From a bacterium (GTDB taxonomy: Bacteria > JAJRZV01), in the NCBI GenBank assembly GCA_024275095.1, contig JAJRZV010000025.1, positions 599 through 64,598 on the forward strand: 64,000 nt of DNA. The letters run 5' to 3'. Made by a program: the position numbers and the translations under genes. Under the pieces are notes generated by a model. That model had not been told where the DNA came from. It saw only the letters and a program-made list of their open reading frames with translations, and searched no databases. How positions within the stretch are numbered: position 1 is the stretch's first letter; the number at the start of each line of letters is the position of its first letter. Below, piece by piece: positions 28,634 to 39,524 of the stretch.

Positions 28634-30865
28634 TTACACATAAGCCAGGCCCAGGTCGTAATGAGCCTGGCCTTCTTCTTCGCCCAGTATTTTTTTCACT
28701 CCTTTTTTGAATTCCTGTAGCACTTCTTCTGCACTGACCTGGTGAGTTGGTTCTGCGGGTGCAGCTTGAGCAGGTTGCTCTTCACCCTCGAGCTGTTCAT
28801 CCAGCACCTCTTTCAGGTCCCAGTCTCCTTCGAGAATTGACTCTTCAAACTCCGGTGCATTCGATTCCCCGGCGATGACAATATCTTCTTCTTTTACCTC
28901 GGCCTGGGCCTCTGTTGCTTTTTCCATTTCTTCTATTCTTTGCATGAGAATTCGGGCTTTTTCGCTGTTGGGCCTGCGCTCCAGTACCCGGGTGAGAACC
29001 TCTTTCGCTTCGTCGTAAAGCCCCTGATTCATATAAAACTCTGCTTCACTGATATCATCTTCTAAGGTAATGGAATCGTCCGCTCGAATTTCTTCTTCCT
29101 CCGGGGGTTCAGAAGAGGCAGGTTGCTCTTCAATATCGTGATCTCCAAGTTCTTCTTCAATATCGACGTCGTCGCTCTGGAATGCCTCCATGATATCTTC
29201 TTCTGTCACCATTTCCTCTTCATAAGATCCCCTGTCAGTATCTAATTCCGCCTCTTCTTCAAAGGCTTCGCTTCCGTCGGAGAAAGACACGGCCGCTTCA
29301 ACTTCTTCCTCTTCGACTTCGATATCCTCGGTCGCTGGCTCTTCTGACCCCAGATCCACCTCAATTTCCTCTTCCTCTCCCGCCTCTTCTTCCATCTCTA
29401 TGCTTTCTTCGGAGATATCCGGAGCGGTTTCTTTTATTTCCACCTGGGTCTCCGACCCCATATCAACTGAGATTTCTTCTTCGCCCAGGTCTACAGTGAT
29501 CTCTTCCTCCTCTTCCTCTTCTTCTACAGGTGCTTTTTCCGGGGCACTTTCTTCGAGTGTTTCTGCCGAGGTGGTGAGCACGACTTCCTCCTCCTCTTCC
29601 TCCAGAGGGATTTCTTCTTCGACCTCAGCCTGGCCTGCCAGTGGGGAGTTGGGAAGAAGACTTTTCACTTCTTCAATAATCGCTTCTTTTACACGTGAGT
29701 TATCACCGGCAAGTTCTATTGCCTTTGCAAAGAGTTTCTCCGCTCCTTCCTGGAATCGGAATTTGGCACACATCCGCGCGTAATTTCTCAACGCATCCAC
29801 ATCGTCCAGCAACGTGAGTATCTCTTCAAGCACAGAGCGTGCTGTGCTGGTCAGACCGTATTTTACGGACACGAGGAACTTGTTAATGAGCTTTTTAACG
29901 CGTTCTTCCTGCTCTACAACTTCGGCACGGGTTTCTTCCCGAGTTTCTTTTTCCTGGATTTCACGCACCTGCGTTTCGCCGAGTAGGGTCCGGGCGTCAT
30001 GGTCATCAGGAGCAATTTTGGTAATCCAGCGTGCTACACGCTCGATCCTTTCCTTGTCACCCCTGGACCTGTATAGTTTGAGCAATTGCTTGAGTACATG
30101 AAGGGCCTTATCAGGTTTGTTGACGCCTTCGAGTGACTCTGCCATAAGCCACATGACTCTTTCATTGACCCGATTCTTTTCTACAAAAGTCTGAAGCACC
30201 TTCAGTGCTTTAAGATAATCTTTGATGCGCACATAACACTCAGCAAGTTTCTCTCTCGTTGAGAAGTCATCCAGTCCAATTTTTATTTTCTTTTCCAGCA
30301 GGATGGCCATTTCTTTGTATTTGCCGGCCTTTTCCAGGGTGGCAATGAGTGATTGAAATTCTTTGTCTGCTGCTTCTTTGTCTCCTTGCTGAAGGTAGAG
30401 TTCGGCCAGCTTGAAACGGGCGGCTACGTTGTCCGGATCGATTTCAATAAGTTTTTTCAGAAATTCCATTTCTTCATCTATGCGCCCTTCTTCATCAAGT
30501 ACCACAACAGCATCTTTAATGGTGTTGACGAGTTCACCCTTGTAATTGAGGTTTTGATAAACTTCAATAAGCTGTTTGTACGTGTCTATATTTTTTCTGT
30601 CGACACTGAGGGCATTTTTCAGAATCCCCAGTGCTTTTGGATAAAAACCGGCATTCATGTGCCTGCGGGAAAGCTCGATTGAAACATCCACGACTTTTTT
30701 CTTGTCTCCCTTTTTGCTATACAGGCGGATGAGGTCATGCATGGCTTTCACTTCATTGGGGTCAGTTTCCACGAGTTGAGATAAAATGGAAATGGCTTTA
30801 TCTATCTGGCCCTTTTTCTCGGCTTTCAGGGCTTCCTGGTAAAATTGACGTTTGTTTACAGCCAT
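28634..30865 (-). CDS. Large TPR-repeat protein with an extremely acidic Glu-rich central region (MshN-like partner of the ExeA/MshM-like ATPase)
   Basis: Multiple TPR motifs (YQEALKAEKKGQIDKAISIL..., AEFYMNQGLYDEAKEVL...) and a ~180-aa poly-E/acidic repeat region. Confidence 0.7.
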   Translation of the reverse strand: MAVNKRQFYQEALKAEKKGQIDKAISILSQLVETDPNEVKAMHDLIRLYSKKGDKKKVVDVSIELSRRHMNAGFYPKALGILKNALSVDRKNIDTYKQLIEVYQNLNYKGELVNTIKDAVVVLDEEGRIDEEMEFLKKLIEIDPDNVAARFKLAELYLQQGDKEAADKEFQSLIATLEKAGKYKEMAILLEKKIKIGLDDFSTREKLAECYVRIKDYLKALKVLQTFVEKNRVNERVMWLMAESLEGVNKPDKALHVLKQLLKLYRSRGDKERIERVARWITKIAPDDHDARTLLGETQVREIQEKETREETRAEVVEQEERVKKLINKFLVSVKYGLTSTARSVLEEILTLLDDVDALRNYARMCAKFRFQEGAEKLFAKAIELAGDNSRVKEAIIEEVKSLLPNSPLAGQAEVEEEIPLEEEEEEVVLTTSAETLEESAPEKAPVEEEEEEEEITVDLGEEEISVDMGSETQVEIKETAPDISEESIEMEEEAGEEEEIEVDLGSEEPATEDIEVEEEEVEAAVSFSDGSEAFEEEAELDTDRGSYEEEMVTEEDIMEAFQSDDVDIEEELGDHDIEEQPASSEPPEEEEIRADDSITLEDDISEAEFYMNQGLYDEAKEVLTRVLERRPNSEKARILMQRIEEMEKATEAQAEVKEEDIVIAGESNAPEFEESILEGDWDLKEVLDEQLEGEEQPAQAAPAEPTHQVSAEEVLQEFKKGVKKILGEEEGQAHYDLGLAYV
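29090..29650 (-). repeat. Low-complexity GAA/GAG-rich coding repeat (poly-Glu region of the TPR protein)
   Basis: The plus strand shows a tcttcctcttcc-type simple repeat. It is in-frame coding, not a CRISPR array. Confidence 0.6.
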
Positions 30866-31047
30866 GGTTCCCCTTTTTTATGTAACTATTTCAGATTATC
30901 ACCAATAAATCCTCTATTCAAGTGCGATACCGAATAAAGGAGATGTGAAAGATGCAGGTCACATTTCAAAAAATTTTATAAAAAATGAAAATCGCAGGTC
31001 CTGCAAAGAGCCTTTGGGTGGAGGAAACTTATGCCCTTTAAAGCAGG

Positions 31048-32709
31048 TCAGTCCTCTTCACTCATTTTTTCAAGAAACTCGCGATTGTTCTTTGTACCCT
31101 GCATTTTTTCCAGGAGAAACTCCATGGCGCTGACCACGTCCATAGGCTGAAGGATTTTGCGGAGCAACCATATTCGGTTGAGAGCAAATTCGTCCAGTAG
31201 AAGCTCTTCACGGCGGGTTCCTGAACGATGAATATCTATTGCAGGAAACACTCTTTTCTCAGCGAGGCGCCTGTCGAGATAAATTTCCATGTTACCTGTA
31301 CCTTTAAATTCCTCAAAGATCACCTCATCCATTCTGCTTCCTGTATCAATGAGGGCCGTGCCGATAATGGTAAGGCTGCCTCCGCCTTCGATGTTTCTGG
31401 CTGCTCCGAAGAAGCGTTTGGGTTTGTGAAGGGCATTGGAATCGATACCTCCTGAAAGGACCTTTCCGCTGGCAGGTGTGATGGCATTATATGCCCGTGC
31501 CAGGCGAGTAATGCTGTCCAGGAGAATAACCACGTCATAGCCGTGTTCAACGAGTCGTTTGGCTTTCTCTATAACCATCTCCGCCACCTGCGTGTGCCGT
31601 TGAGCAGGCTCGTCAAAAGTGGAACTGATTACCTCTCCATTTACGGTACGCTGCATTTCGGTCACTTCTTCCGGTCGTTCATCGATGAGAAGAACGATGA
31701 GATACACGTCCGGATGATTTTTCATGAGTGCGTTGGCGATACGCTGAAGAAGCACTGTTTTTCCTGTGCGTGGAGGTGCGACGATGAGTCCCCTCTGTCC
31801 TTTCCCTATGGGTGCCATTAAATCGACCACTCGTGTGGTGAAGTCCGTGGGGTTGTATTCCAGGCTGAATTTTTCAGTTGGAAAGTAGGGTGTCAGGTTG
31901 TCAAAAAGAATTCTCTCCTTTGCCTTTTCCGGATCCTGGAAATTAATTTTTTCAATTTTTAAAAGGGCAAAATATTTTTCCTGCTCCTTGGGTGGACGTA
32001 TTATGCCATATATGGTGTCTCCTGTTTTGAGGTTGAATTTTTTTATCTGGGTGGGTGCAATATAAATGTCGTCTGGACCGTACAGGTAGCTGTTTTCCGG
32101 AGACCTCAAAAATCCATAACCTTCGTTCTGATTGACGTCCAGAACACCTTCTGCGTATACGTATATTTCCCCTTCTTTTTCCATCTGGAGTTGTAGTATT
32201 CGGTAAATCAGTTCCTGTTTTTTCATGGAGGTAGAGTCACTGATCCCCAACTCCCGGGCGAGTTTTGCCAGTTCTCCGATGCGCATGTTTTTCAAATCTT
32301 TCAGGTTGATGCGTTTGGCTATCCGGGCCTCTTTCTTTTCCTCTTCGGGTTCCGGAGATTTTCGCTGCGGTGTCTCAACCATTTCCTGCTGTTCTTGCAC
32401 CGGTGTCTCGGAACCGTTCTCTGCTTTTTCGTTTTTTTCTTCAATGGAAGATGCTTTCTCTTCCGGCGTTTCCTCAGGGACTTCTTCTACCTGCTTCGCC
32501 GGTTCGTTTTCCCTGGTTGTATCCTCTGAACCTTCACTCTTTTTCTCAGTTGTAGAGGTCTTGCTTCGCCGGCGTCTTCTCACCACCACCTGTTTTTCCT
32601 CGTGAGAAGGTACAGTTCCCTCCGAAACCTGGGCGTCCGAGTTTTCCTGAACGGGTGATTCCTCTGGTGATGGTGATGGTAGAGTTCCTTCTTGCTCTTC
32701 CCTTGACAT
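31048..32709 (-). CDS. rho: Transcription termination factor Rho with a long charged N-terminal insertion
   Basis: C-terminal two-thirds is canonical Rho (FDNLTPYFP..., [24 protein letters not shown]). The N-terminal ~130 aa is Ser/Glu/Lys-rich. Confidence 0.9.
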   Translation of the reverse strand: MSREEQEGTLPSPSPEESPVQENSDAQVSEGTVPSHEEKQVVVRRRRRSKTSTTEKKSEGSEDTTRENEPAKQVEEVPEETPEEKASSIEEKNEKAENGSETPVQEQQEMVETPQRKSPEPEEEKKEARIAKRINLKDLKNMRIGELAKLARELGISDSTSMKKQELIYRILQLQMEKEGEIYVYAEGVLDVNQNEGYGFLRSPENSYLYGPDDIYIAPTQIKKFNLKTGDTIYGIIRPPKEQEKYFALLKIEKINFQDPEKAKERILFDNLTPYFPTEKFSLEYNPTDFTTRVVDLMAPIGKGQRGLIVAPPRTGKTVLLQRIANALMKNHPDVYLIVLLIDERPEEVTEMQRTVNGEVISSTFDEPAQRHTQVAEMVIEKAKRLVEHGYDVVILLDSITRLARAYNAITPASGKVLSGGIDSNALHKPKRFFGAARNIEGGGSLTIIGTALIDTGSRMDEVIFEEFKGTGNMEIYLDRRLAEKRVFPAIDIHRSGTRREELLLDEFALNRIWLLRKILQPMDVVSAMEFLLEKMQGTKNNREFLEKMSEED

Positions 32710-32932
32710 GGAATCGCCTCCTTATTCCGATATTTTCGACAATGAAATCAATTTCACAAAATTTTACTGTCCCGGGCTGTTTTCATGGATTAGAAGAGAT
32801 GTTATCATCTTAAATCCTTTTGATATGCCTGTCAAGTTAAAGGAGAAGTGAAAAGTACTATGGATTATAGATCATTTTACACACACCTCTGTTATGAGCT
32901 AAAATGATTTTTCAGTCAGAGGGGAGAGGGTT

Positions 32933-33463
32933 GTGGCTGAGACCTTGTGGGAAAATATCTTGAAAAGGCGCGAAAGGGAGCATTCTGTAGCGTCCATTCT
33001 CAAGAATACTCCCATATTTTCAGACCTTTCCAGGAGAGAACTTAATATTATCGAAAACATTATCCATCGACGGCGTTATAGAGATGGAGAGATTATTTTT
33101 CGTCAGGGTGATCCCGGTGTGGGTATGTATGTAATAGCAAAAGGCCAGGTTCGAATTTTTATGACCAATTCAGCAGGTGTGAGTGTTGAACTGGTCATGC
33201 TTCAGCCGGGAGATTTTTTTGGAGAAACAGCCGTGATTGACCGGGGTGAGCGTTCTGCATCTGCACAGGCTGTCGGAGATACCGAGCTTCTCGGATTTTT
33301 CCGTCCCGATCTGTTCGATATTATTGATCGCTTCCCACGGATGGGGGCCAAGATTCTTCTCAAAATCGCTCTTGTGTACTCCGAGCGTTTGAGACATACT
33401 AATGCTGAACTCATGAAGGCCCGTACCCAGCTCGCGGAACTTCGTAAAAAGACCGGTGAGTAA
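32933..33463 (+). CDS. Cyclic-nucleotide-binding domain protein (no DNA-binding HTH)
   Basis: cNMP-binding beta-roll motifs (GEIIFRQGDPGVGMYVIAKGQVRI, GDFFGETAVID...R.A.A). GTG start. Only 176 aa, with no C-terminal HTH. Confidence 0.7.
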   Translation: MAETLWENILKRREREHSVASILKNTPIFSDLSRRELNIIENIIHRRRYRDGEIIFRQGDPGVGMYVIAKGQVRIFMTNSAGVSVELVMLQPGDFFGETAVIDRGERSASAQAVGDTELLGFFRPDLFDIIDRFPRMGAKILLKIALVYSERLRHTNAELMKARTQLAELRKKTGE

Positions 33464-34562
33464 TGTAGGCAATTCATCATTGAGTTTCTCTTCCAAGTCG
33501 ATACTTGCTCTCGCACTTGCAATATTTGTCGGGCTCCTACTTTATCAGTTTGCCCTTCAGATTTTTACGGGATTTACCGCTCTTATCGGTGATCTGCTTT
33601 TAACTCTACTTTTGAGTTTGATTACATATTACATTTTCGATCCGGTAATTGCCCGACTTGAAGCCGTTGGACTTTCGCGGGGGATTGCCACCTTGCTGGT
33701 ATTTTTATGCATTTCGTGCGTGATTGTAACAGGTATTGTTGTTGTACTCCCTTCGTTTGTCGAGGAGCTCAAAAATCTCAAGCAGATTGATGTGAGCCGA
33801 TACATGCACGAAACTGTGTACCTCAGTGAGAGGTTGCAGTCGAGCCTGGACAGGTTTTTGCCACCGGGCATGCAGATCAATATCAGTGAAAAAATATCCA
33901 GGCTCACTTCCGGTCTCATGAAGAGTTTAATGAATGCTACCACTGCTGCTGTACCCCAGACTCTCACACTCGCACTCACTGTGCCGTTTTTTTCGTTTTT
34001 CTTTCTGCGCGATGCAGGGGAGTTTAAGAGATGGTTTATGGACTTTGTCCCGAACAGGTATTTTGAAACAGTTATGGATGCTATTTATAACATCAATCGT
34101 CAAACCGGCATGTTCATTCGAGGAAAGTTTTTAGAATCCCTCATCATCGCCGCTGCAACCTTTGTGGTGCTTTTCCCTTCAGGGATTAAGTACAATATTT
34201 TGTTAAGTTTATTTGCCGGGCTTTGCAATCTTATTCCCTATGTGGGGCCTGTTATCGGAGCGGTCCCTATCGCTATTATTGGATTTGCTGATTTAGACCC
34301 GACCACTGTGCTTTACGTTGTTGGAGCATATTTTATTTTTGTTCAGGTGATTGTGGATAACATGCTGGTGATTCCTTTTGTTATCGCCAAGGCGTCAGAC
34401 CTGCACGCATTTGTGGTACTGGTAGCGATTATTGCAGGAGGAAAATTTCTCGGGATTATCGGAATGTTCATAGGGGTGCCGGTAGCCAGTGTTTTAAAAA
34501 TTATCTTTGAAGAAGTGCGGGGATACCTTTTATTCAGGAATACTTCCCCGACATCTGAATAG
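33456..34562 (+). CDS. AI-2E family transporter (PerM/YhhT, UPF0118)
   Basis: Polytopic membrane protein with the conserved LIPYVGPVIGAVPIAIIGF motif. Confidence 0.8.
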   Translation: MSNVGNSSLSFSSKSILALALAIFVGLLLYQFALQIFTGFTALIGDLLLTLLLSLITYYIFDPVIARLEAVGLSRGIATLLVFLCISCVIVTGIVVVLPSFVEELKNLKQIDVSRYMHETVYLSERLQSSLDRFLPPGMQINISEKISRLTSGLMKSLMNATTAAVPQTLTLALTVPFFSFFFLRDAGEFKRWFMDFVPNRYFETVMDAIYNINRQTGMFIRGKFLESLIIAAATFVVLFPSGIKYNILLSLFAGLCNLIPYVGPVIGAVPIAIIGFADLDPTTVLYVVGAYFIFVQVIVDNMLVIPFVIAKASDLHAFVVLVAIIAGGKFLGIIGMFIGVPVASVLKIIFEEVRGYLLFRNTSPTSE

Positions 34563-34959
34563 GTTGCGTGGTAAAGCTGAAGACCTACATAGAGGCGCGT
34601 TTGAAACCAGAACAATATTTTTTTTCTTTCTGGGCGAAGATTTTTCCTTTGAGCGTGCGGATTCAAACGGGATTGGGAATGGGTGTGTATTTTCTGGGCT
34701 TTCGGATTCCCGGGGCCGTGATAAATTTTTTTACTCGAAAGCGAACTTTGAAAGGGGTGAGGAAATTCTCTCCTCCGAAAAAGCTTCCACCACTGAGCGA
34801 TGTTCCAGGCTGGATACGGTCGCTTCAGGTAGAAGGAGAGTTTACTTCGGGTCTACCGGACGTGGATGCATTAATAGCAGCCTTTACAGGGGCTTTTCCC
34901 GAAGTGAGGGTTCAACCAGTTGTTGCTTCGGATCCCGAACTCCACCTGCACGTCAGGAT

Positions 34960-34998
34960 GGGGCTGCGACTGTTGAGGATCATTCGCAGCCTTTTTTT
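34960..34998. terminator. Bidirectional intrinsic terminator between the AI-2E transporter gene and ahcY
   Basis: GGCTGCGA-(14 nt loop)-TCGCAGCC followed by T7 on the plus strand. The A-tract/hairpin is also usable from the minus strand, directly after the ahcY stop. Confidence 0.5.
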
Positions 34999-36260
34999 CA
35001 GGTCCCCATTTCCCAGGAGTTAAGGTACTTCTTTTGTGCCGCGGTGAGCGAATCTATGCGAATGCCCATGCTTTCGAGCTTGATGCGCGCGACTTCTCTG
35101 TCGATTTCTTCGGGCACCTGGTAAACGGTTCTCTCCAGGTTTTTCCCCATTTTCCACAGGTATTCAGCGCATAGCGCCTGGTTCGCAAAGGACATATCCA
35201 TCACGCTGGATGGATGCCCTTCTGCAGCAGAGAGATTGACAAGGCGTCCCTCAGCAAGCAGAAAAATGCGCCGACCGTCTTTCAGCTTATATTCTTCAAC
35301 GTTTTCACGCACAACTCGCTGTGAGACACTGAGCTCCTGGAGTCCGGGAATGTCGATCTCCACATTGAAGTGTCCGGAATTGGCCACGATGGCACCGTCC
35401 TTCATGCGCTGGAAGTGCTCTTTACGAATTACGGTGGTGTTGCCGGTCACTGTCACAAAAAAATCTCCGATGGTTGCGGCCTCTTTCATTGGCATTACTT
35501 CATATCCGTCCATTACTGCTTCGAGAGCTCTGACTGGGTCCACTTCTGTCACAATAACTCTTGCTCCCATGCCATGCGCTCTCATGGCCACCCCTCGTCC
35601 GCACCATCCGTATCCGCAAACTACAAATCGACTCCCAGCGATAAGCCTGGAAGTTGCCCTGAGGATGCCGTCAATGGTGGATTGCCCTGTGCCGTACCTG
35701 TTGTCAAAGAGATACTTTGTTTTGGCATCGTTCACGGCAATGATGGGATACCTGAGCACGCCGTTTTTTGCCATGGCCCGAAGCCGAATAACCCCGGTCG
35801 TTGTTTCTTCTGTACCCCCGATTACCTCATCCACACCACCTCCAGATGCCCTGTGAAGCGTGGAAACGAGATCTGCACCATCATCCATGGTGATATGAGG
35901 TTTAATGGAAAGGACCTTTTTAATATGTTCGTAATATTTTTTTCTGCTTTCTCCTCTGATGGCAAATACGGGTATTTTGTAGAATTTTACCAGTGCAGCT
36001 GCCACGTCGTCCTGAGTGCTGAGAGGATTTGATGCGCACAGAGCTACTACAGCACCTCCCTCTTTGAGAGTGATGACAAGGTTCGCTGTTTCTGTGGTTA
36101 CATGCAGGCATGCAGCTATGCGCACTCCTTTAAGCGGTTTTTCATTTTTAAATCTCTCGCGAATGCGCGTGAGTACAGGCATACTGAAGTCTGCCCATTC
36201 AATACGGTCTTTTCCTCTTTTGGCCAGCTTGAGGTCTTTTACATCGTGTTCCATTCTCAC
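34998..36260 (-). CDS. ahcY: Adenosylhomocysteinase
   Basis: Full-length SAH hydrolase with an NAD-binding [10 protein letters not shown] motif. It lies 21 nt downstream of metK. Confidence 0.9.
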   Translation of the reverse strand: MRMEHDVKDLKLAKRGKDRIEWADFSMPVLTRIRERFKNEKPLKGVRIAACLHVTTETANLVITLKEGGAVVALCASNPLSTQDDVAAALVKFYKIPVFAIRGESRKKYYEHIKKVLSIKPHITMDDGADLVSTLHRASGGGVDEVIGGTEETTTGVIRLRAMAKNGVLRYPIIAVNDAKTKYLFDNRYGTGQSTIDGILRATSRLIAGSRFVVCGYGWCGRGVAMRAHGMGARVIVTEVDPVRALEAVMDGYEVMPMKEAATIGDFFVTVTGNTTVIRKEHFQRMKDGAIVANSGHFNVEIDIPGLQELSVSQRVVRENVEEYKLKDGRRIFLLAEGRLVNLSAAEGHPSSVMDMSFANQALCAEYLWKMGKNLERTVYQVPEEIDREVARIKLESMGIRIDSLTAAQKKYLNSWEMGT

Positions 36261-36281
36261 CCCCTGTAAGTGATGAAACTT

Positions 36282-37433
36282 TCAGATTTTGGATTTAAGC
36301 GTTTCTATCATGTCCGTTCGTTCCCATGTAAATCCTTCTTCACTGCGTCCAAAGTGGCCATAGGCTGCTGTGGCTCTGTAAACAGGGCGTAACAGATTAA
36401 GATGCCGAATGATATCCCGTGGTTTGAGCGGGAAAACATCGGTAACAATTTTTGCCAGTTGCTCGTCGGGCAGCTTGCCCGTCCCAAAGGTTTCAACCAT
36501 TACTGATACCGGTTCCGCAACTCCGATGGCATAAGCAATTTGTACTTCACACTTGTCAGCAAGGTCTGCTGCAACAATATTTTTTGCTATGTACCGCGCC
36601 ATATAAGAAGCTGAACGGTCTACTTTTGAAGGGTCTTCGCCTGAAAAGGCTCCTCCTCCATGTCTGCCCATTCCCCCGTACGTATCCACGATGATTTTTC
36701 TCCCTGTAAGACCACAGTCACCGTAAGGGCCGCCGATAACGAACCGTCCCGTAGGATTAATATAATACTTCACATCACCTGGAAGCATCTCTTCTGGCAC
36801 GACTTTTTTGATGACTTCCTCGATTACAAATTCTCGAAGTTCCTCGTCTTTAACACTTTCGGTGTGTTGGGTGGACACGACCACGCTGGTAATGCGGTGG
36901 GGTTTGCCGTCCCGATAGAGCACGGACACCTGAGACTTCCCATCGGGACAGAGAAAGTCCACCTTACCGTATTTTCTTACTTCCGCAAGTTTTCTTGTAA
37001 TGCGGTGAGCGTACATTATGGGAGCAGGCATGAGTTCTTCTGTTTCCTTGCACGCGTACCCGAACATCATTCCCTGGTCTCCTGCTCCCTGCTCACCCTT
37101 TTCTCCATCAACACCCATGGCAATATCCGGAGACTGCTTTTCCACTACACACGAAACTGCACACGTTCTGTAGTCGATTCCCTTGGCACTGTCATCATAT
37201 CCGATGTCTTTCAGGACACTTTTGGCTATCTGGGTGTAGTCCACAACAGCCCTGGTTGTGATTTCTCCTGCAATCATTACAAGGCTGTTTTTAACCAGCG
37301 TTTCACACGCCACACGTGCAGAAGGGTCCTGTCGGATAATTTCATCGAGCACAGCATCGGATATCTGGTCCGCAATTTTGTCCGGATGACCTTCGGTGAC
37401 GGACTCAGATGTGAAAATAAACTCCTTGTTCAT
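36282..37433 (-). CDS. metK: S-adenosylmethionine synthetase
   Basis: [24 protein letters not shown]..., [17 protein letters not shown]-type motifs. Confidence 0.95.
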   Translation of the reverse strand: MNKEFIFTSESVTEGHPDKIADQISDAVLDEIIRQDPSARVACETLVKNSLVMIAGEITTRAVVDYTQIAKSVLKDIGYDDSAKGIDYRTCAVSCVVEKQSPDIAMGVDGEKGEQGAGDQGMMFGYACKETEELMPAPIMYAHRITRKLAEVRKYGKVDFLCPDGKSQVSVLYRDGKPHRITSVVVSTQHTESVKDEELREFVIEEVIKKVVPEEMLPGDVKYYINPTGRFVIGGPYGDCGLTGRKIIVDTYGGMGRHGGGAFSGEDPSKVDRSASYMARYIAKNIVAADLADKCEVQIAYAIGVAEPVSVMVETFGTGKLPDEQLAKIVTDVFPLKPRDIIRHLNLLRPVYRATAAYGHFGRSEEGFTWERTDMIETLKSKI

Positions 37434-37487
37434 TGAGTGCCTCCTTTACTGTTCCAGTTGCAAAAAGATAAAAAATTCATTTGACCT

Positions 37488-39242
37488 TTAACGTATCAAT
37501 TGCTCGGGCAGCATTTTTAACACAGTTTTGTTTAAAAAGTCATCTATCTCTTCAGCACAGTTCAACTTTTTAACCTCCTGATATGCTCGATGGCACTCGT
37601 TTGCACGAAGGAATGTAAGCGCTTTTTTTATTCGCGGAATAAAAGGCGGAGACATGCTCAAATGCCGGAAGCCCATTCCTATAAGCAAAGGAAGATACTT
37701 TACTTCCCCTGCTACTTCTCCGCACACTTCCACCTCCCTCTTTTCTTTTTTTGCTGCCTCCAGGACCATCTCCATCAGTTTTAAAACGGAAGGGCTTGTG
37801 GGTTTAAACAGATACGATACCTTTTCATTGGTTCGGTCCGCAGCAAGGGTATACTGAACGAGATCGTTTGTACCAATGCTTAGAAAATCCACCTCTTTCA
37901 CGATTGCGTGTCTAAGAAGACATGCAGAAGGTGTTTCCATCATTACGCCTATCGGAATGTGGGGATTGAATGGTATGCCTGCCTGCGACAGGCGGGCCAT
38001 TTGTTTGGTGAGTAGCTCTTTTACCTCGCGTATTTCTGCCACGTCGGTGATTAAGGGTAAAAGAATGCGTACATTACCGTGGGCGCTGGCTCGCAGGATT
38101 CCCCGGAGTTGTTTCACAAAGATATGGGGCCGAGCCAATGAAAATCGTATGGCCCGGAGTCCAAGAGCGGGATTTGGTTCATCTTCGCCGTTTTTAGCGT
38201 CCAGAAGCTTCTCGGCTCCCAGGTCGAATGTGCGAATGGTAAAGGGTAGTGAACCGATGGTATTGATGATTTTCAGATAGTTGCGGTAGTGTTCCATTTC
38301 TGTGGGAAGGCGCTTGCGGCCCAGGTAGAGGTACTCTGTTCTGTAAAGGCCGATGCCGTCTGTTCGATAGTCAACCACGAAACGGGCCTCTTCGGGCAAT
38401 TCGATATTGACCATAAGATGAATTCTTACACCGTCTGCAGTTTGGGAACTGAGCAGGGCAGAGGAAGTGAGCGAACGGGCGTATTCCTCATATGCATTTC
38501 TTCGCGTGATGATTTCTCTTAATGTCCCGGAACCCGGGTTCAGAGTCACCGTGCCTTCGGTTCCGTCAACAGCTACTGTATCTCCATCGCGCACAAAATC
38601 CAGAAGGCCGTTAATTCCCACAACTGCAGGAATTTGAAAAGCCCGGGCAATGATAGACGTGTGAGATATGAGGCTTCCTGCTTCTGTCGCAATGGCCTTG
38701 ATGCTTTTGCGTGAAAGCCGGGCAATTTCTCCAGGTGAGATGTCGTGGGCAACCACCACGATATCTCCCTGTGGCAATTCAGTCACAACCGTTTCTTTCC
38801 CAGAGAGGTTATTGAAGATTCTTTCAGCTACGTAATCAAAGTCTGTCCTTCGTTCTCGAATGTACTCGTCGTCAATCTCATCAAGCACACGCCTGAGTTT
38901 TTCGTGCGCTGTTCGCAGAGCGAATTCTGCTGAATAGCGTTTGTTTTTTATCAGGTCTTCAACCTGGTCCAGAAGCATTCTGTCGTTGAGAATCATCAAG
39001 TGGGTTTCGAGGATATATATGGCATCCTTTCCGGATATAGGATCGAGTTCTTCCATTATTTCTTTAATCTGGGTTTCAGCCTTTCGGACAGCCCTCTGAA
39101 AACGTTGCAACTCCTGGGTTACCTGGGATGTATGGATGCGTTTAAAAGGCGCGTTGTTGAGGCTTCGCCGGGGTCCTGTTAAAATAGCTGCTTCTCCCAC
39201 GCCGATACCTGGAGATGCAGCAATACCCTTTAATTTTTTCAT
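37488..39242 (-). CDS. ptsI: Phosphoenolpyruvate-protein phosphotransferase (PTS Enzyme I)
   Basis: GIAASPGIGVGEAAIL, a phospho-histidine domain and a PEP-utilising C-terminal TIM-barrel domain. 584 aa. Confidence 0.9.
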   Translation of the reverse strand: MKKLKGIAASPGIGVGEAAILTGPRRSLNNAPFKRIHTSQVTQELQRFQRAVRKAETQIKEIMEELDPISGKDAIYILETHLMILNDRMLLDQVEDLIKNKRYSAEFALRTAHEKLRRVLDEIDDEYIRERRTDFDYVAERIFNNLSGKETVVTELPQGDIVVVAHDISPGEIARLSRKSIKAIATEAGSLISHTSIIARAFQIPAVVGINGLLDFVRDGDTVAVDGTEGTVTLNPGSGTLREIITRRNAYEEYARSLTSSALLSSQTADGVRIHLMVNIELPEEARFVVDYRTDGIGLYRTEYLYLGRKRLPTEMEHYRNYLKIINTIGSLPFTIRTFDLGAEKLLDAKNGEDEPNPALGLRAIRFSLARPHIFVKQLRGILRASAHGNVRILLPLITDVAEIREVKELLTKQMARLSQAGIPFNPHIPIGVMMETPSACLLRHAIVKEVDFLSIGTNDLVQYTLAADRTNEKVSYLFKPTSPSVLKLMEMVLEAAKKEKREVEVCGEVAGEVKYLPLLIGMGFRHLSMSPPFIPRIKKALTFLRANECHRAYQEVKKLNCAEEIDDFLNKTVLKMLPEQLIR

Positions 39243-39524
39243 TTATTCCTCTTCACCGAATCGGTCATTTACCAGCTTTACAAGAGTTTCCACCGCCTGG
39301 TGGCTGTCTTCACCCCTTGCTTTGATGATCACCTTGGAGCCCTTTGTAAGTGCGAGCGTCAGAATACCCATAATGCTTTTGCCGTTGACGGTTCTATTTC
39401 CTTTTTTCAATTCGATACGCGAGCGGAATTGTGTCGCTGTTTTGACAAATTGCGCTGCTGCACGCGCGTGAAGGCCAAGCTTATTTTTTATAACCACCGT
39501 TTTTTTTGCCTCTTTGGCCGCCAT
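39243..39524 (-). CDS. ptsH: Phosphocarrier protein HPr
   Basis: KNKLGLHARAAAQFV HPr active-site region. Start assumed at the internal ATG (MAAKEAKK); the listed ORF extends further 5' and overlaps EIIA. Confidence 0.75.
   Translation of the reverse strand: MAAKEAKKTVVIKNKLGLHARAAAQFVKTATQFRSRIELKKGNRTVNGKSIMGILTLALTKGSKVIIKARGEDSHQAVETLVKLVNDRFGEEE

Noticed and set aside
29090-29650. Repetitive tcttcctc-type sequence that might be taken for a CRISPR array or tandem repeat element
   Set aside because: It is in-frame coding sequence for a poly-Glu tract of the TPR protein. There is no repeat-spacer periodicity.
34568-35023. 151-aa ORF in the AI-2E/ahcY intergenic region
   Set aside because: It reads through a strong terminator hairpin and into the convergent ahcY 3' end. 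There is no RBS or coding signature.
36261-36281. SAH riboswitch expected upstream of ahcY
   Set aside because: Only 21 nt separate metK and ahcY, too short for the aptamer. ahcY is simply co-transcribed with metK.
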